Positions 1-13,755 of a stretch of DNA of 64,000 bases are shown piece by piece. Every line of letters starts with the position of its first letter. Position 1 is the stretch's first letter. The notes under the pieces are model-generated. The model searched no databases. It was not told where the DNA came from and saw nothing but the letters and a program-made list of their open reading frames with translations. The DNA comes from an uncultured Actinomycetes bacterium (GTDB taxonomy: Bacteria; Actinomycetota; UBA4738; HRBIN12): the NCBI GenBank assembly GCA_963728665.1, contig CAVSLG010000018.1, positions 43,762-107,761 on the forward strand, read 5' to 3'. The position numbers and the translations under genes are program-made.

Positions 1-2100
1 GGGTCAGGTCGCCGCTCGGCGCCCCGCTCGCACTGATCGAGAAGGAATCCGCGAAGCTTCCGACGCTCGGCACGAACGTCGCGTCCAACCGGTCTCGGGT
101 CACCGTGTAGACCATGATGCCGTTGCCCGCGCCGGCCGTCCTCGCGAAGTACGGGAGCTCAGGATCATCGGGCTTGATCGAGGAGCCGGAGCGCCCGAAG
201 GTCCCCACGACCTGGACGACCGTCCCCGCGCCCTTGTCCATCACCCCCGCGCCGCTGTTGGCGACGCAGTCCTGATCGAAATCCCCGAGCACGAACGACG
301 GACACGTCCCCGGCACGAGGGCGAGCTGCTTGCTGCGTTGGTAGTTGTGGTGGTGCCCGGCCAGGACCAGGTCGACCTTCTTCTCGAGCAGGAGGTTGAA
401 CAGCGGCTGGCCGATCGGGCAGCCGGAGTTCGATGCGGAGATGCACGGGTAGTGCATGCCGACGACGATCCACCGGATGCCCTCCGCGCGAGCGTCGTCG
501 ATCGAATCGGAGAGCCACCGGTAGTGCACGTCGTTCAGCCGTACCCGTAGGTGACGTTCTCGATCTGAGGTCGGGCGAGATCATGAACACCCGCATGAGG
601 GGGCGTCCGCCGGATAGTCGAAGTAGTACTCGGCGCCGTAGTCCTGCTCCAGACCCAGGGTCGACCCCAGCCGGTCCGGCAGGCACGCGGCATGGTTCAT
701 GATGTAGCCGTCGGCACCGTTTTGGTCCTCGTGGTTCCCGGCGACGATCTCGAAGGGGTAGGCCGGCCCGAGGTTCGGCAGCCCTGCCTTCACCCAGTCG
801 CACCATGCGGCGTCGGTCGGCGTCTCGTCGTAGTCGAGGTCGCCCAGCATCAGGAAGAAGTCCGTCGCCGAGGCGTCCAGGGCGGCGAGACTCGCCACTG
901 CCCTCGACGTCGTCCCCGAGTCTCCGGCCGCTGCGAACGTGAACGAAGCCGACGACGGGGGAGCGGACGGGGTCGTCACCTCGGCCGGCTCCGAGGGATC
1001 GGAGCGGTTCCCGCTCGGATCGACCGCGACGACCGTGTATCGATAGGTGGTCTCCGCGACACGCCGTCGTCGACGTAGGTGATGCCCGCGGTGCTCTCGA
1101 TCTCGGCGTCGTCGCGGACGATCGACGTATCTGGCGACGCCGACGTCGTCCTGGCTCGCCGTCCAGCTGAGCTCCACGCGGGTCGGACCGGTCGCGGTGG
1201 CCACCAGGCCGGTGGGGGCCGTGGGGGGCGACGTCCACCACGTTGTCGACGAGGACCGCGACCGGCTGGGAGGCGCCGGCGTTCCCGACGGCATCGCGCG
1301 CGATCGCGGTGAGCTCGTGGGCGCCGTTGGCGACGGACACGGAATCCCACGGGATCACGTAGGGCGCGGACGAGTCGGTCGCGACGGTCTGACCGTCGAC
1401 CTGGAGGTCCACGGAGACGACCCCGACGTCGTCGTGCGCGTCCACGCCGACGTCGACCGATCCCTGGACCGTCGCACCCGAGGAGGGGACGTGATCGAGG
1501 CGGTCGGCGTCGCCACGTCCGTCGGCGGCGCGACCGTGACCACGAGCTCCGGCCGGAAGCCCGCCTTGCCTTCCTTCGATCTGAACGAGATCTTGTTGCT
1601 CGTCGGGGTGGCGATCCGCATGCTGAACTGGCCGTCTCCGGTCACGAGCGTCGACAGGTCGACCTCGTACCAGGTCGCGGCCGAGATCGCGCCGAGGGTG
1701 GCCAGGGGCGTCGGGTCGGCCGGCGGTGCGGTGTTCCAGTTCATGGTGCTCTCGCTCCACGTCGTGTTGGCCACACGAGAGAACACGCCACCGAATGACG
1801 CGCCGTCGGTCACGTAGAGGCGAAGCTTCGCGCTCTCGACGATGTCGGATCCCACCCCCGAGACCGTGAACCGCAGGAAGGAGTGCCGCACGGGTGAGTT
1901 GTCGGCCGCGAGAGAGGTCTCCGAGCCGCCGGTCGCCGTGGGCTGATCGGCCCGCACGGTGGTATCGGCGGTCGGAGGGAACGTGAGGGTCCGGGTCGCT
2001 GCCGGAGCCGGCGGAGCGGTCAGCGATGCTCGCGGCCGTAGCGGCGAGCGTGAGCGCGACGAAGAGCGCCGATCGGGCACTCCCTCGTCCGTCGCCGCTC
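1..2100 (-). CDS. Secreted purple-acid-phosphatase-like metallophosphoesterase with an N-terminal DNRLRE-like beta-sandwich domain and an FN3 domain. The 3' end runs off the window start. The reading frame is broken at least 3 times.
   Basis: Minus-strand translation gives the metallophosphatase motifs LGDLDYD, GNHE, VVGMHYP and AGHHHNYQR (the GHxH-Y-R of purple acid phosphatases). An FN3-like segment (LVATATGPTRVELSWTAS) is present. The N-terminal domain carries LRLYVTDGAS...TWSESTMNWNTAP. A signal-peptide-like stretch (SALFVALTLAATAAS) sits in a different frame near 2030-2090. The frame switches near 580, 1300 and 2030. Confidence 0.6.
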
Positions 2101-2451
2101 GCACGTCGCCCCCATCCGCTCGTCTCGTGGCGACCCTACCGAGGCGCCGGCGGCCCCACCCCATGCAAGCCGCGTATCCCCGCTACGTCCGCGTCGGTCG
2201 GCCGGTGCGCTCCCGATCGGGTCCCGCGTAGGGCATCTACGACGATCCACGCATGTCCGTGGACGACGGAGAGCGAGACTCCGTACTACGTCGTGGCCGG
2301 GGCACCCGATGCTCCGGATCGGCGAGAGACGGAGATCGGGGCGCACGTGGGGATCTCGCAGCGGACAGCGGGTATGGCATGAGGGGTCGGTAGCGCGTGG
2401 CGGTGCTCCACTCCCCGCGGTCATCGACGTTGCGGGGCCGGACCCTCGATC

Positions 2452-3756
2452 GTGGACGCGGCTCGTGCGGGCCGGCGTCCCGGCGGCCGATGTGATCGCG
2501 CTCGCGGTCGCGGTCGCGATCGCGGGTCTCACCCCGTGGAGCGTCGCTCTACGCCGGCTTCGTCCTCCTGGGGCTGCATCTCGATCCGGCGCGAGCGGGC
2601 AGGATCTGCCCGCAGGTTGACGACCGATGCCGGATGGCTGCTCGCGAAGGGCGCGGCGCCTCTCGTCGTGCTCCTGCCGGCGGCCGCAGCGCTCGGCGCC
2701 GACCCGAACTGGGCCGTCGTTGGTGTCCGCTGGCCGTCAGCCTGCTTGCTCCTCGGGCGTGGTGCTGCGTAGCGGTCTCGCGCAGGGCCCGCGTCGCGGG
2801 TATGGTCGCCGAGCCCACGCTCATCGTCGGCGCCGGCGAGGTCGCGGAGCATCTGGCCGAGATCCTCGCCCAACATCCCGAGTACGGCTTGCGCCTCGTC
2901 GGGTCCGTCGACGCCGCGGGACGCCGGGTGGGGAACGTGCCCATGCTGGGGGATCCTCGCGACCTCGGGGTGCTCATCGAGACCCACGGCGTCCGTCGCG
3001 TCGTGATCGCCTTCGGCGTCTCGGAGCGGGAGCTGGTCGCGACCCTGCGGTCGGCCGAACGATCGTCCGCGGAGTTCCACGTCGTTCCTCGACTCTGGGA
3101 AGCGAGCGCCATCGCCCGGCGGCGGGCAACGTGGACGACGTCTGGGGCGTCCCGCTCGTCCAGCTGCGCCGACCGACGACGCGTTCGCGCAACCAGCTCG
3201 TGAAGCGGTGCTTCGATGTCGTGGTGGCATCGGTGCTGCTGGTGCTGACGCTGCCGCTGCTGCTGGTGCTCGCGGTCGCGGTCCGGCTCTCCGGCCCGGT
3301 CCGATCCTGTTCCGTCAGAAGCGCGTCGGCCTCGACGGCACGCTGTTCGAGATCCTGAAGTTCCGGTCCATGCACGAGATCGAGGACTCCGACACGAGAT
3401 GGTCGGTCGGTGACGACGGGGTCACCCGCGTCGGCAGGGTGCTGCGCGCCACGAGCCTGGACGAGTTGCCCCAACTGGTCAACGTGCTGAGGGGCGAGAT
3501 GTCGCTCGTCGGCCCCCGCCCGGAGCGGCCGCACTTCGCGGATTCGTTCGCCGCGACGGTCCCCCGGTACGAGGACCGGCATCGCGTGCGGGCCGGCATG
3601 ACCGGACTCCCGCAGGTCTGCGGTCTGCGCGGCGACACATCGATCGAGGATCGCGTCCGCTTCGACAACGCCTACATCGAAGGATGGAGCCTCTGGGCGG
3701 ACTGCTCGATCATGCTCCGCACCGCCAGGTGCGTGCTGACGGGACAGGGTGCGTGA
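2452..3756 (+). CDS. Polyprenyl-phosphate sugar phosphotransferase (WbaP-type bacterial sugar transferase), the initiating enzyme of glycan assembly. At least 3 frameshifts.
   Basis: TM-rich N-terminus around 2450-2800. CoA-binding-like segment (LIVGAGEVAEHLAEIL...). Catalytic C-terminal domain with PILFRQKRVGLDGTLFEILKFRSM, DELPQL and SLVGPRPERP. The pieces lie in three different frames; 2634..3203, 2627..3358 and 3208..3756 overlap. Confidence 0.65.
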
Positions 3757-4810
3757 GCACGCGGTCATCTCGACCCGCCGTCCTCGAGCGAACGAAGTGG
3801 AGCGCTCCCCGACTTCCTCATCATCGGGGCGATGAAGTGCGGGACGACGAGCCTGTACCACTACCTGCGTGATCACCCCCAGGTCTTCATGCCGTCGATC
3901 AAGGCCCCCGAGTTCTTCGCGGAGGAGGGGAACTGGGGCCGAGGGATCGAGTGGTACCGGCGACAGTTCGAGGGAGCGGGTCCCGATGTCGTCGCGATCG
4001 GTGAGGCGTCGAACGTGTACACGAAGTACCCGCGATACCAGGGCGTGCCGGCTCGGATCGCCGAGCACATCCCCGACGCCCGCCTCGTGTACGTGGTCCG
4101 CGATCCGATCGACCGGATCCGCTCCCACTATCAGACGCGGCTCACCGAGGGAACCGAGCGGGCGCCGATCGGCCGTGCGGTTCGAGAGAACCCCATCTAT
4201 CTCGACTACAGCCGGTACGCGATGCAGCTGGATCGGTACCTCGACCACTTCCCTCGGGAGCAGCTGCTGGTCATCACGGCCGAGGACCTGCGTGGCGACC
4301 GGCGGGCGACGCGTCCGGCAGGTCTACGAGTTCCTCGGGGTACGTCCCGATCACGTGCCGAGGACATGGACCGGACCTTCTACGAGACGAGGCATCGCGC
4401 GCCGAGGTCTCCGGTGCCGCTGTGGGTCCGCAAAGGCCTCAAGCGGCACCTGCCGGCCGCGAAGCGCGCGAAGGAGCTCGAGAACAACGTGGTCCGCGCC
4501 CTCCGGGGCCTCCGTCGCACGCCCGAGGCGCCATCCGCAGCTGCCGGAGCGCCTCGTGATCCCCGACGAGGTGCGCGCCGAGCTCGCCGACGCCCTGCGC
4601 GACGACGTGCGGAGGCTCCGTCCCTTCCTCGGGCCGGGCTTCGACGGGTGGGGGATCGCGCTGAACCGAGGGATCGCCGAGACCGGCCGTGGGCTGATCG
4701 CGGCACGGAGAAGATGCGTGAGGATCGAGCCGACGAGCCCACGCGCCCGGACCTCCTACGTCATCGGCACGTCCCCCCCGACGTTCATCGCTGCTACAGA
4801 TGCGGGGTGA
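3757..4810 (+). CDS. PAPS-dependent carbohydrate sulfotransferase (Sulfotransfer_1/3 type). Reading frame broken about 4 times.
   Basis: 5'-PSB motif LPDFLIIGAMKCGTTSL at 3805-3860. 3'-PB-like RLVYVVRDPIDRIRSHY. Homologous C-terminal pieces alternate between frames 3832..4845 and 3869..4810. Confidence 0.6.
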
Positions 4811-4937
4811 CTGCCGAGCTGAGGGATCCAGAGGGGAGCGGGTGAGAGGTCTCGCGCCAAGCGCAGTCGCGTTCGGCGTGAGCGTGCCTCGAGGAGGCAT
4901 CCTCGCCGGGGCGGCGCCGCCGCGTGAGGAACCGGTC

Positions 4938-6801
4938 ATGGGAGGGTCAGGTATGCGGCGTCGAACTCGACAACTGATCGCACGCTCACTGAGCGTGGTT
5001 CTTAGCATTGGCGTGGTCGGGACGGGCACCGCGCATGCGCTGAACAGCACGACGCAGCCTCAGCTCACGCCTCAACCACCTGATCCGGACCTCGCCGTTC
5101 CAGGGATCGTCGACCGCGGTGCGCGACAACGAGGGCAGCGCGTACGTCGCGGGTGACGACGCGCTGTGGATGGCGTCGGACAACGACGACGCGCTGTTCG
5201 AGGTCGACCGCACGACCGGCGCGCTGCGCCGGAAGGTCGCGCAGGCGGACTTCATCGATGCGCCGCGCTTCGGCGTCGGCGGCAGCGCCGGTCAGGCGCG
5301 CACCGAAGACCTCGAGGCGCTCGCCTACGACGCGAACGCCGACGTCCTGTACGCCTTCTCCGGGAGCACGAGCGCGACCCCGACCTTCTTCCGCCTGACA
5401 CGTGATGCGAACAACCGGTTCCAGGTGCAGTCGTGGCAGCCCATGCCGTCGGAGTGGACCGGTGCGGGGTGGCGCTCGGCAGACGGTCTCACGTACGTCG
5501 CGAACGGCTCGACCATCCGCACGTACGACTTCGCCACGAACAGCCTGGGGCCGTCGTTCTCGATCTCGGGGCTCTCCAAGATATTCGGCCTCGACTTCGA
5601 CGATACGACCGGCGATCTGCTGGCCGTCAACGGCAGCGAACGGCTCTACCGGGCGTCGATGACCACCAGGACCCTCCTGCCCGGATGGACCGGCATCAGC
5701 CTCACCGGTCTCGGGTTCCTCGACACCCGCGCGGTCGAGGTCATCGGTGAACAGTTGCTCGTCACCGACGGCGCCGACTCCAGCGCGCGGCCGACATCGG
5801 ATCCCATGTCCCACGCCGTCTTCGTGCTCGACGTGACGCGGACCCAGGCGGGCCAGCTCCGACCGCGAGCTTCACCGCGACGCCGACCAACGGCAAGGCA
5901 CCCCTCGTCGTGAACTTCACCGACACGAGCAGCGGCTCGCCGACGAGCTGGGCCTGGACCTTCGGAGACGGCGGCACGTCGACCTCGGCGCTCGCCCTCG
6001 CACACCTACGACCACACCGGGACCTTCACGGCGACGTTGACCGTCACGAACAGCCAAGGGTCGAGCTCGGCGTCCCGCACCATCACCGTCAGCCAGCCGT
6101 CGGCACCGACCGCGAGCTTCACCGCGACGCCGACCACCGGCACGGCGCCCCTCGTGGTGAACTTCACCGACACGAGCAGCGGCTCGCCGACGAGCTGGGC
6201 CTGGACCTTCGGGGACGGCGGCACGTCGACCTCGCGCTCGCCCTCGCACACGTACGACGGCTCCGGGACCTTCACCGCGACGTTGACCGCCACCAACACG
6301 CTGGGGTCCAGCTCGACCTCGCAGACGATCATCGTCAGTACCCGGCCGTCATCGCTCCCTCCGACGATGCCCAGGTCAACCTGTCGGGCACGTCCTCCCG
6401 GGGTCCGCTCCGAGCTTCAGCGCGGACGGTTCGCCGGTGAGCGATGGCCTGCTCAAGTTCACCGTCAACGTCTCGGGCCAGATCACGGGCGCCAAGCTTC
6501 GCCTGTTCTGCGTGGACTCCTCGTCCGTCGGGCGGCACCGTCTTCGCCGCCGCCGAGACCAACCCCCCGTGGAGCGAGGGCACCGTGACGTGGGCGACCG
6601 CCCCGGTTGCCGGCGCGAGCTATGGCTCCCTGGGGGCGGTCAAGGTCGGGGACCTGGTACGAGGTCGACCTCGCGGCCCTCGTGACGGCGAACGGCACGT
6701 ACAGCCTGCGGATCAAGAACACCTCGTCCAACGGCGCGGATTACGCCACGAAGGAGGGGGCGGCCGGATCCGCTCCCCAGCTCGTGGTGACGACGGCCTG
6801 A
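4938..6801 (+). CDS. Secreted multidomain protein: signal peptide, uncharacterized beta-propeller-like N-domain, 2 PKD domains, C-terminal DNRLRE-like domain. At least 4 frameshifts.
   Basis: Signal peptide MRRRTRQLIARSLSVVLSIGVVGTGTAHA. Two PKD repeats (FTATPT.G.APLVVNFTDTSSGSPTSWAWTFGDGGTS...SHTYD..GTFTATLT.TN). C-terminal KLRLFCVDSSS...PWSEGTVTWATAP...TWYEVDL. Segments are spread over frames 4800..5156, 5119..5913, 5910..6440, 6037..6588, 6444.. and 6607..6801. Confidence 0.5.
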
Positions 6802-6897
6802 CCGCTCGGCTCGGTGCCGCGGGTCCTCGTTCGCAGCGCTCGTCCAGCTCGTCGAGCCGGCCGACGTTGACCACTTGGCACTCTCATGGCTATCCTG

Positions 6898-6924
6898 TTA
6901 GCACTCACCCAGCGTGAGTGCTAA
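6898..6924 (+). promoter_or_regulatory. CIRCE operator (HrcA binding site) upstream of groES
   Basis: Perfect inverted repeat TTAGCACTC-N9-GAGTGCTAA, 47 bp upstream of the groES ATG. Confidence 0.85.
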
Positions 6925-6970
6925 CGAGACTTGGGAACGGACCGCTGACCGCAAGGAGGAGACGAGCACC

Positions 6971-8989
<2,019 letters not shown>

Positions 8990-9000
8990 CGAACGATCGT

Positions 9001-9061
9001 GGCGGGTCTCGGACCCGCCCGCTGAGAACCCACGGTGGGGCGGGCTCGTGCCCGCCCCACC
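9001..9061 (+). terminator. Two GC-rich stem-loops immediately after the groEL stop; candidate intrinsic terminator
   Basis: ggcgggtc-tc-ggacccgcc (9001-9019) and ggtggggcggg-ctcgtg-cccgccccacc (9034-9061). There is no U-tract, as is common in high-GC actinobacteria. Confidence 0.45.
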
Positions 9062-9091
9062 GTGCGTTCCCGCGGGAATACACTCGACGAG

Positions 9092-10150
9092 ATGTTCGAG
9101 GAGCTGATCCGCGGATGGGACGGCGAGCACGTGGTCGTGCGGTTCGACGAGCCGTCGGGAACCTGGATGCTGGTCGGGGTGCATTCCACCGTGCTCGGTC
9201 CGGCGATGGGCGGCACCCGCATGAAGGCGTACCGCTCGCCCGATGAAGGCCTCCACGACGTGCTCCGCCTCTCGCAGGCGATGACGATGAAGCAGGCGGC
9301 CGCCGGTCTCGACTTCGGCGGCGGCAAGGCGGTGCTCGCGGTACCGGCCGTGCCCCCACCCGGCTCGTCGCAACGTCGTGAGCTGCTGCTCCGCTACGGC
9401 GACCTCGTCGAATCGCTGGGTGGCGCGTACGTGACGGCCGCCGACATGAACACCGGTGAGGCCGACCTCGACGTCATCGGCGAGCGCACGATGCACGTGC
9501 TGGGCCGTTCTGTCGTGTGCGGAGGGTCGGGAAGCTCGGCCGGCGCGACGGCCCTGGGAGTGTTCCACGGCATCCGGGCGAGCGTGCGCCAGGCGTTCGG
9601 TGACGAGGGCCTCTCGGGTCGGCATGTGCTCGTGCAGGGGGTAGGAGCCGTCGGGTCGCGCCTCGCAGAGCTCCTGCACGATGCCGGAGCACAGCTGACG
9701 ATCGCCGACCTCGACAACGATCGCGCGACGGCGCTTGCGGCATCGCTCGAGGTCGAGTCGGCGCCAGCGCACCACGTGTTCGACACGGAATGCGACGTGT
9801 TCTCGCCCTGTGCCACCGGTGGTCTGCTCTCGGCCGAGTCGATCCCCTTGCTTCGGTGCCGGGTGGTGGCGGGTGCCGCGAACAACCAGCTCGCCACGTC
9901 GTGGGACGCCGATCGTCTGCACACCCGCGGCATCCTGTACGCGCCCGACTTCGTGATCAACGCTGGCGGCGTGATCCACCTCGTGGGCTACGAACGGCTC
10001 AGTTGGGATGAGGCGCGCATGACGGCCCGGGTCGCCGGCATCGGTCAGACGCTGACCGACCTGTTCCGGCGGGCCGAGGCCGAGGGCATCACGACCGCAG
10101 CAGCCGCGGACCGGCTCGCGACCGAACGCATCGAGGCCGCTCGCGGCTGA
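9092..10150 (+). CDS. Glu/Leu/Phe/Val dehydrogenase family enzyme (leucine/valine dehydrogenase-like)
   Basis: MFEELIRGWDGEHVVVRFDEPSGTWMLVGVHSTVLGPAMGGTRMKAY...AAGLDFGGGKAVL... Rossmann motif VQGVGAVGSRLAELL. The length of about 350 aa fits Leu/Val dehydrogenases. Confidence 0.8.
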   Translation: MFEELIRGWDGEHVVVRFDEPSGTWMLVGVHSTVLGPAMGGTRMKAYRSPDEGLHDVLRLSQAMTMKQAAAGLDFGGGKAVLAVPAVPPPGSSQRRELLLRYGDLVESLGGAYVTAADMNTGEADLDVIGERTMHVLGRSVVCGGSGSSAGATALGVFHGIRASVRQAFGDEGLSGRHVLVQGVGAVGSRLAELLHDAGAQLTIADLDNDRATALAASLEVESAPAHHVFDTECDVFSPCATGGLLSAESIPLLRCRVVAGAANNQLATSWDADRLHTRGILYAPDFVINAGGVIHLVGYERLSWDEARMTARVAGIGQTLTDLFRRAEAEGITTAAAADRLATERIEAARG

Positions 10151-10718
10151 TCGCGCGGTGGGAGAAGGGGTTTCTCCGGGCGTCCGATGCCGAATGGATC
10201 CGGCCGCGCCGACACGTTGCAGACGAGGGGCCTCTCGACCAGGGGTCGCCGCCTCCGGTCGCGGGGCCTCCGCGCGCGCCCGCACCGGAAACGCGATCGA
10301 CATCCGTTCGGCAAACCCCGCGCGGTGTGCAGCGCGGTCAGCGACGCCGGAGGTGCGGGACGGCCGCACGGCCGCACGCCGTCATATCGACGAACAGGAA
10401 CTGGGTCGAGACCCTGGCATCGTCGCTCGATCGCGTCGGGCGAAGGAGGCCGGTCGACTTCACCGCGGTGAGCGCGAGCTCCTCGACCGGTCAACGGCCC
10501 GCATCGGTCCCTGAGGGTTGCATCGGCAGACATGAGGGCCGTAGGGTGATTGATCACGGCTGAGGTGGTGACGGAGGCGGATCCGCGCTCGGGGCAGCAG
10601 TTCGGTGGTAGGCATCGAGCAGGTGACGAAAGAGCACGCCTAGTGGCAACCTGGGGTAGGTGATCCGGAGCTCCGCGTTCGGGATCCTGCGCGAGCCGAG
10701 GTGAAGAAGGGGTAACTC

Positions 10719-13688
10719 GTGGTCGATGTCGGTGACATCGCTACAGGAGGTGCGGGTCGGCAGGCGGCTCGATCCGGATCCGTGTGGCGAGGATGCGCTG
10801 TAGTGCTGCTGCTGACGTGCGTGGCTTCGTGGCTGACGCCGATCTCCGACGCGGACGCGACCCCGCAGCCGGTCGGTGACGCACAAGCCACGGTGGAGAC
10901 GGCTCCTGTCGCGAACGCCGGCGACGCCGCCGACGATCCTGCGATCTGGCGTGATCCGGTCGACCCATCTCGGTCGATCGTGATCGGCAACGACAAGATG
11001 GGTGCGCTCGAGGTCTACGACATGTCCGGCGCGTTGATCCAGCGGTTCACGGGCGGGTTCTTCGGGAACGTCGACACGCGGACGGCGATGAGCACCGGAG
11101 TCGGGCTCGTCGACATCGCCGTCACCTACCGTCAGGGGATCCGGATCTTCGGGATCGATCCTGTCTCCCGGCAGCTGACGAACATCACTGACAACGCGGC
11201 GGGCAGCATCCCGTCACCGATCGGGGGAGAGGGGATCTGCCTGTACCGGGCCGCGGGCAGCGGGCAGATGTTCGTGTTCGTCAACGCTCGGGACGGCAGG
11301 GTTGCACAGTTCGGTCTCGACGATAGTGATGCCGACGGTCTCGTCGAGGGCACGGTGATCCGACAGTGGGATGTGGGGGCCGAGGTCGAGGGATGTGTCG
11401 CCGACGACCTGCTGGGGCGGCTCTACATCAGCGAGGAGACCCAGGCGATCTGGAGGTACGGCGCGGGGCCGTCGGACCCGACCGATGCCGGCTCACGCGT
11501 GGCCGTCGATCGCCCGATCGCCGCCGGGGGGCACTTCCGACCGGATGCGGAGGGGCTGACCATCGTGTATACGGCGGACGGCGGTGGCTACCTGATCGCA
11601 TCGTCGCAGGCGGCGTCTGACACCCTCAATTCCTACCTCGTGTTCGACCGTCTCGGTGGGAACGCGTTCATCCGCGAGTTCAGGGTCGTCGACGGGCCGA
11701 CCGTCGACGGCTGTGGCCGCACGGACGGTATCGATGCGCTCTCTGCGGACCTCGGGCCCGGCTTCCGCGAAGGTGTCTTCATATGCCAGGACAACAACAA
11801 CACGCTGCCCGGGAGCGTTGGGAACCAGAACTTCAAGTTCGTCCCGCTCGAGCGCGTTGTCGGCCTCCCGGACGGCGGGCCACCGCCCACTCCCGATACG
11901 GTCGTGATGGTGGTCAGCTCGCCCGCCGCCCTCATCAGCGGTGAGACCGCCGTCCGGGACCGACTCACCAACGCCGGGTACACGGTGTCGATCGTCGACG
12001 ACAACGCCGTGACGGCCGCCGACGCGAGCGGCGCCGCCTTCGTGTTCGTCTCTTCATCGGTCAACGATGCAACCGTAGGCACCAAGCTACGGCCCGTGCC
12101 TCAGCCGGTGTGGATGGCCAAGCCCTACTCCTTCGACAACATGCTGATGACCGGAACGTTGGCCAACGTGGACTACGGCACCATCAGCACGCAGACGATC
12201 GAGATCACCGACCCCAGCCATCCGCTGGCCGCGGGCAACAGTGGCTCGGTCAGCGTGACCCCGACGAACAAGACCAAGTCCTGGGGTGTGCCGGGTTCCG
12301 GGGCCGAGGTCGTGGCCACCGCGGGTGGAAGGGTCACGACCTTCGTATACCAAGCCGGTGATCAGCTCGTGGGCGGCGTGACCGCTCCTGGCTGTCGCCT
12401 GAGCTTCCCGGCCTTCCAGAATGGCCCGACGAGCTTTACCTCGGCCGCCTGGGCGATGTTCGATGCCACGGCCGCGTACGCGGCGTCGAACTGCGAGGAA
12501 ACACCGTCGGACCCCCTGCCCACCGTCTCTCTCACCGCCCCGGCGGATGGCGCGACTGTCAACGGAGCGGTCGCCTTGTCTGCGGATGCTTCCGATAACG
12601 AGGGCGTTGCTCGGGTCGAGTTCTTCGTCAGCGGGAACTCGGTCGGCGTCGACACCGACAGCATCGACGGATGGGGGGTCACCTGGGACTCCACGACTAG
12701 CGCAGATGGCGCCGCGACGGTGCGCGCGACCGTGACCGACACGGCCGATCAGACTTCAGATGATCAGATCGGCGTCACGATCGACAACCTCGGCCCCACC
12801 ATCGATCTGACCGCACCGACCAACGGAGCCACGGTCTCGGGTCCGGTCGTGAACGTGAACGCTACCGCCACCGACGCGGTTGGCCTGACTCAGGTCGAGT
12901 TCTCGGTCGACGGCACGTCGATCGGGGTCGATCAGAACGGTGGGAACGGGTGGTCGGCAACCTGGGATTCCACCGCTCACGCCGGGGGTCCGGCCACCGT
13001 CACGGCAACCGCAACCGACACGGCCGGCAGGACCGCGTCGGACTCCCACACGGTCACTGTCGACGATTCTTCCCCGGGAGCGGTGCTGATGGTCGTGGCA
13101 GATCCCAACATCATGGTCGCCGGTGAGGGGGCCGTGCTGAATCGTCTCGCGAACAACCTCGGCTTCTCAGTCGCGGTGATCGACGACAACCTGGTCGCAG
13201 CCGCCGACGCCAACGGCGCCGCCTTCGTCTTCGTCTCCTCGACCGTGAACGGTGGCGCGGTCGGGACGAAAATCCGCACCGTGACCCAGGCCGTCTGGGT
13301 GGCCAAACCCTACCTGCTCGACGACATGCTGATGACCGGGACCGTGGCCGACGTCGACTACGGCAGCGTCTCGTCGGCGTCGGTCGTCATCACGAACAAC
13401 GCCCATCCGCTGTCTGCGGGGTTGAGCGGGGCTGTCACCGTGACGATGTCGAATCACACGAAGTCTGTCGGCGTGCCGGGAGCAACGGCTGACGTTGTGG
13501 CGACCGCTGGCGGGAAGACCACGACGTTCGCCTACCAGGCAGGTGACCCACTCGTGGGAGGGAGCACGGCCCCCGGGTGCCGCCTGACCTCGTCGGCCTT
13601 CCAGAACGGACCGGCGAATTTCACCGCATCGGGGTGGGCGATGTTCGAGGCCGCTGCGCTCTATGCGGCGTCAGGGTGTGGCGGTTGA
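10719..13688 (+). CDS. Secreted beta-propeller phytase (3-phytase domain) fused to CTM - Ig-like pair - CTM. Intact 989-aa ORF.
   Basis: GTG start and signal peptide. BPP phytase hallmarks: DDPAIWRDPVDPSRSIVIGNDK...ALEVYDMSG...DGLVEG...DAEGLTIVY...FREGVFICQDN. Then a CTM (VVMVVSSPAALISGETAVRDRLTNAGYTVSIVDDNAVTAADASGAAFVFVSS...PGCRLSFPAFQNGPTSFTSAAWAMFDATAAYAASNC). Then two Ig-like domains (TVSLTAPADGATVNGAVALSADASDNEGVARVEFFV... and TIDLTAPTNGATVSGPVVNVNATATDAVGLTQVEF...). Then a second CTM ending ...AALYAASGCGG. Confidence 0.8.
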   Translation: MVDVGDIATGGAGRQAARSGSVWRGCAVVLLLTCVASWLTPISDADATPQPVGDAQATVETAPVANAGDAADDPAIWRDPVDPSRSIVIGNDKMGALEVYDMSGALIQRFTGGFFGNVDTRTAMSTGVGLVDIAVTYRQGIRIFGIDPVSRQLTNITDNAAGSIPSPIGGEGICLYRAAGSGQMFVFVNARDGRVAQFGLDDSDADGLVEGTVIRQWDVGAEVEGCVADDLLGRLYISEETQAIWRYGAGPSDPTDAGSRVAVDRPIAAGGHFRPDAEGLTIVYTADGGGYLIASSQAASDTLNSYLVFDRLGGNAFIREFRVVDGPTVDGCGRTDGIDALSADLGPGFREGVFICQDNNNTLPGSVGNQNFKFVPLERVVGLPDGGPPPTPDTVVMVVSSPAALISGETAVRDRLTNAGYTVSIVDDNAVTAADASGAAFVFVSSSVNDATVGTKLRPVPQPVWMAKPYSFDNMLMTGTLANVDYGTISTQTIEITDPSHPLAAGNSGSVSVTPTNKTKSWGVPGSGAEVVATAGGRVTTFVYQAGDQLVGGVTAPGCRLSFPAFQNGPTSFTSAAWAMFDATAAYAASNCEETPSDPLPTVSLTAPADGATVNGAVALSADASDNEGVARVEFFVSGNSVGVDTDSIDGWGVTWDSTTSADGAATVRATVTDTADQTSDDQIGVTIDNLGPTIDLTAPTNGATVSGPVVNVNATATDAVGLTQVEFSVDGTSIGVDQNGGNGWSATWDSTAHAGGPATVTATATDTAGRTASDSHTVTVDDSSPGAVLMVVADPNIMVAGEGAVLNRLANNLGFSVAVIDDNLVAAADANGAAFVFVSSTVNGGAVGTKIRTVTQAVWVAKPYLLDDMLMTGTVADVDYGSVSSASVVITNNAHPLSAGLSGAVTVTMSNHTKSVGVPGATADVVATAGGKTTTFAYQAGDPLVGGSTAPGCRLTSSAFQNGPANFTASGWAMFEAAALYAASGCGG

Positions 13689-13755
13689 CCGAGTCTCCGG
13701 GACACGGACGCGACGGGAGCGGGCGACAGTTCTTTCGGGCCGTTCTGAGTCCGTG

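Noticed and set aside
165-1760. 531-aa ORF on the minus strand rich in Arg/Gly/Asp
   Set aside because: Out-of-frame shadow ORF over the metallophosphoesterase coding region. Its composition is typical of a high-GC alternative frame and it has no motifs.
5119-5913. Assigning the N-domain of the PKD protein to the SdiA-regulated or phytase-like family
   Set aside because: There is only a vague resemblance (DNDDALFEVD..., LYAFSG) and I cannot verify it without an HMM search, so it is left as an uncharacterized propeller-like domain.
13663-13755. ATG at 13663 as the start of the GH26-like gene
   Set aside because: It overlaps the last 26 bp of the upstream gene in another frame and adds a motif-less Arg-rich extension. 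The ATG at 13756 is preferred, though the true start remains uncertain.
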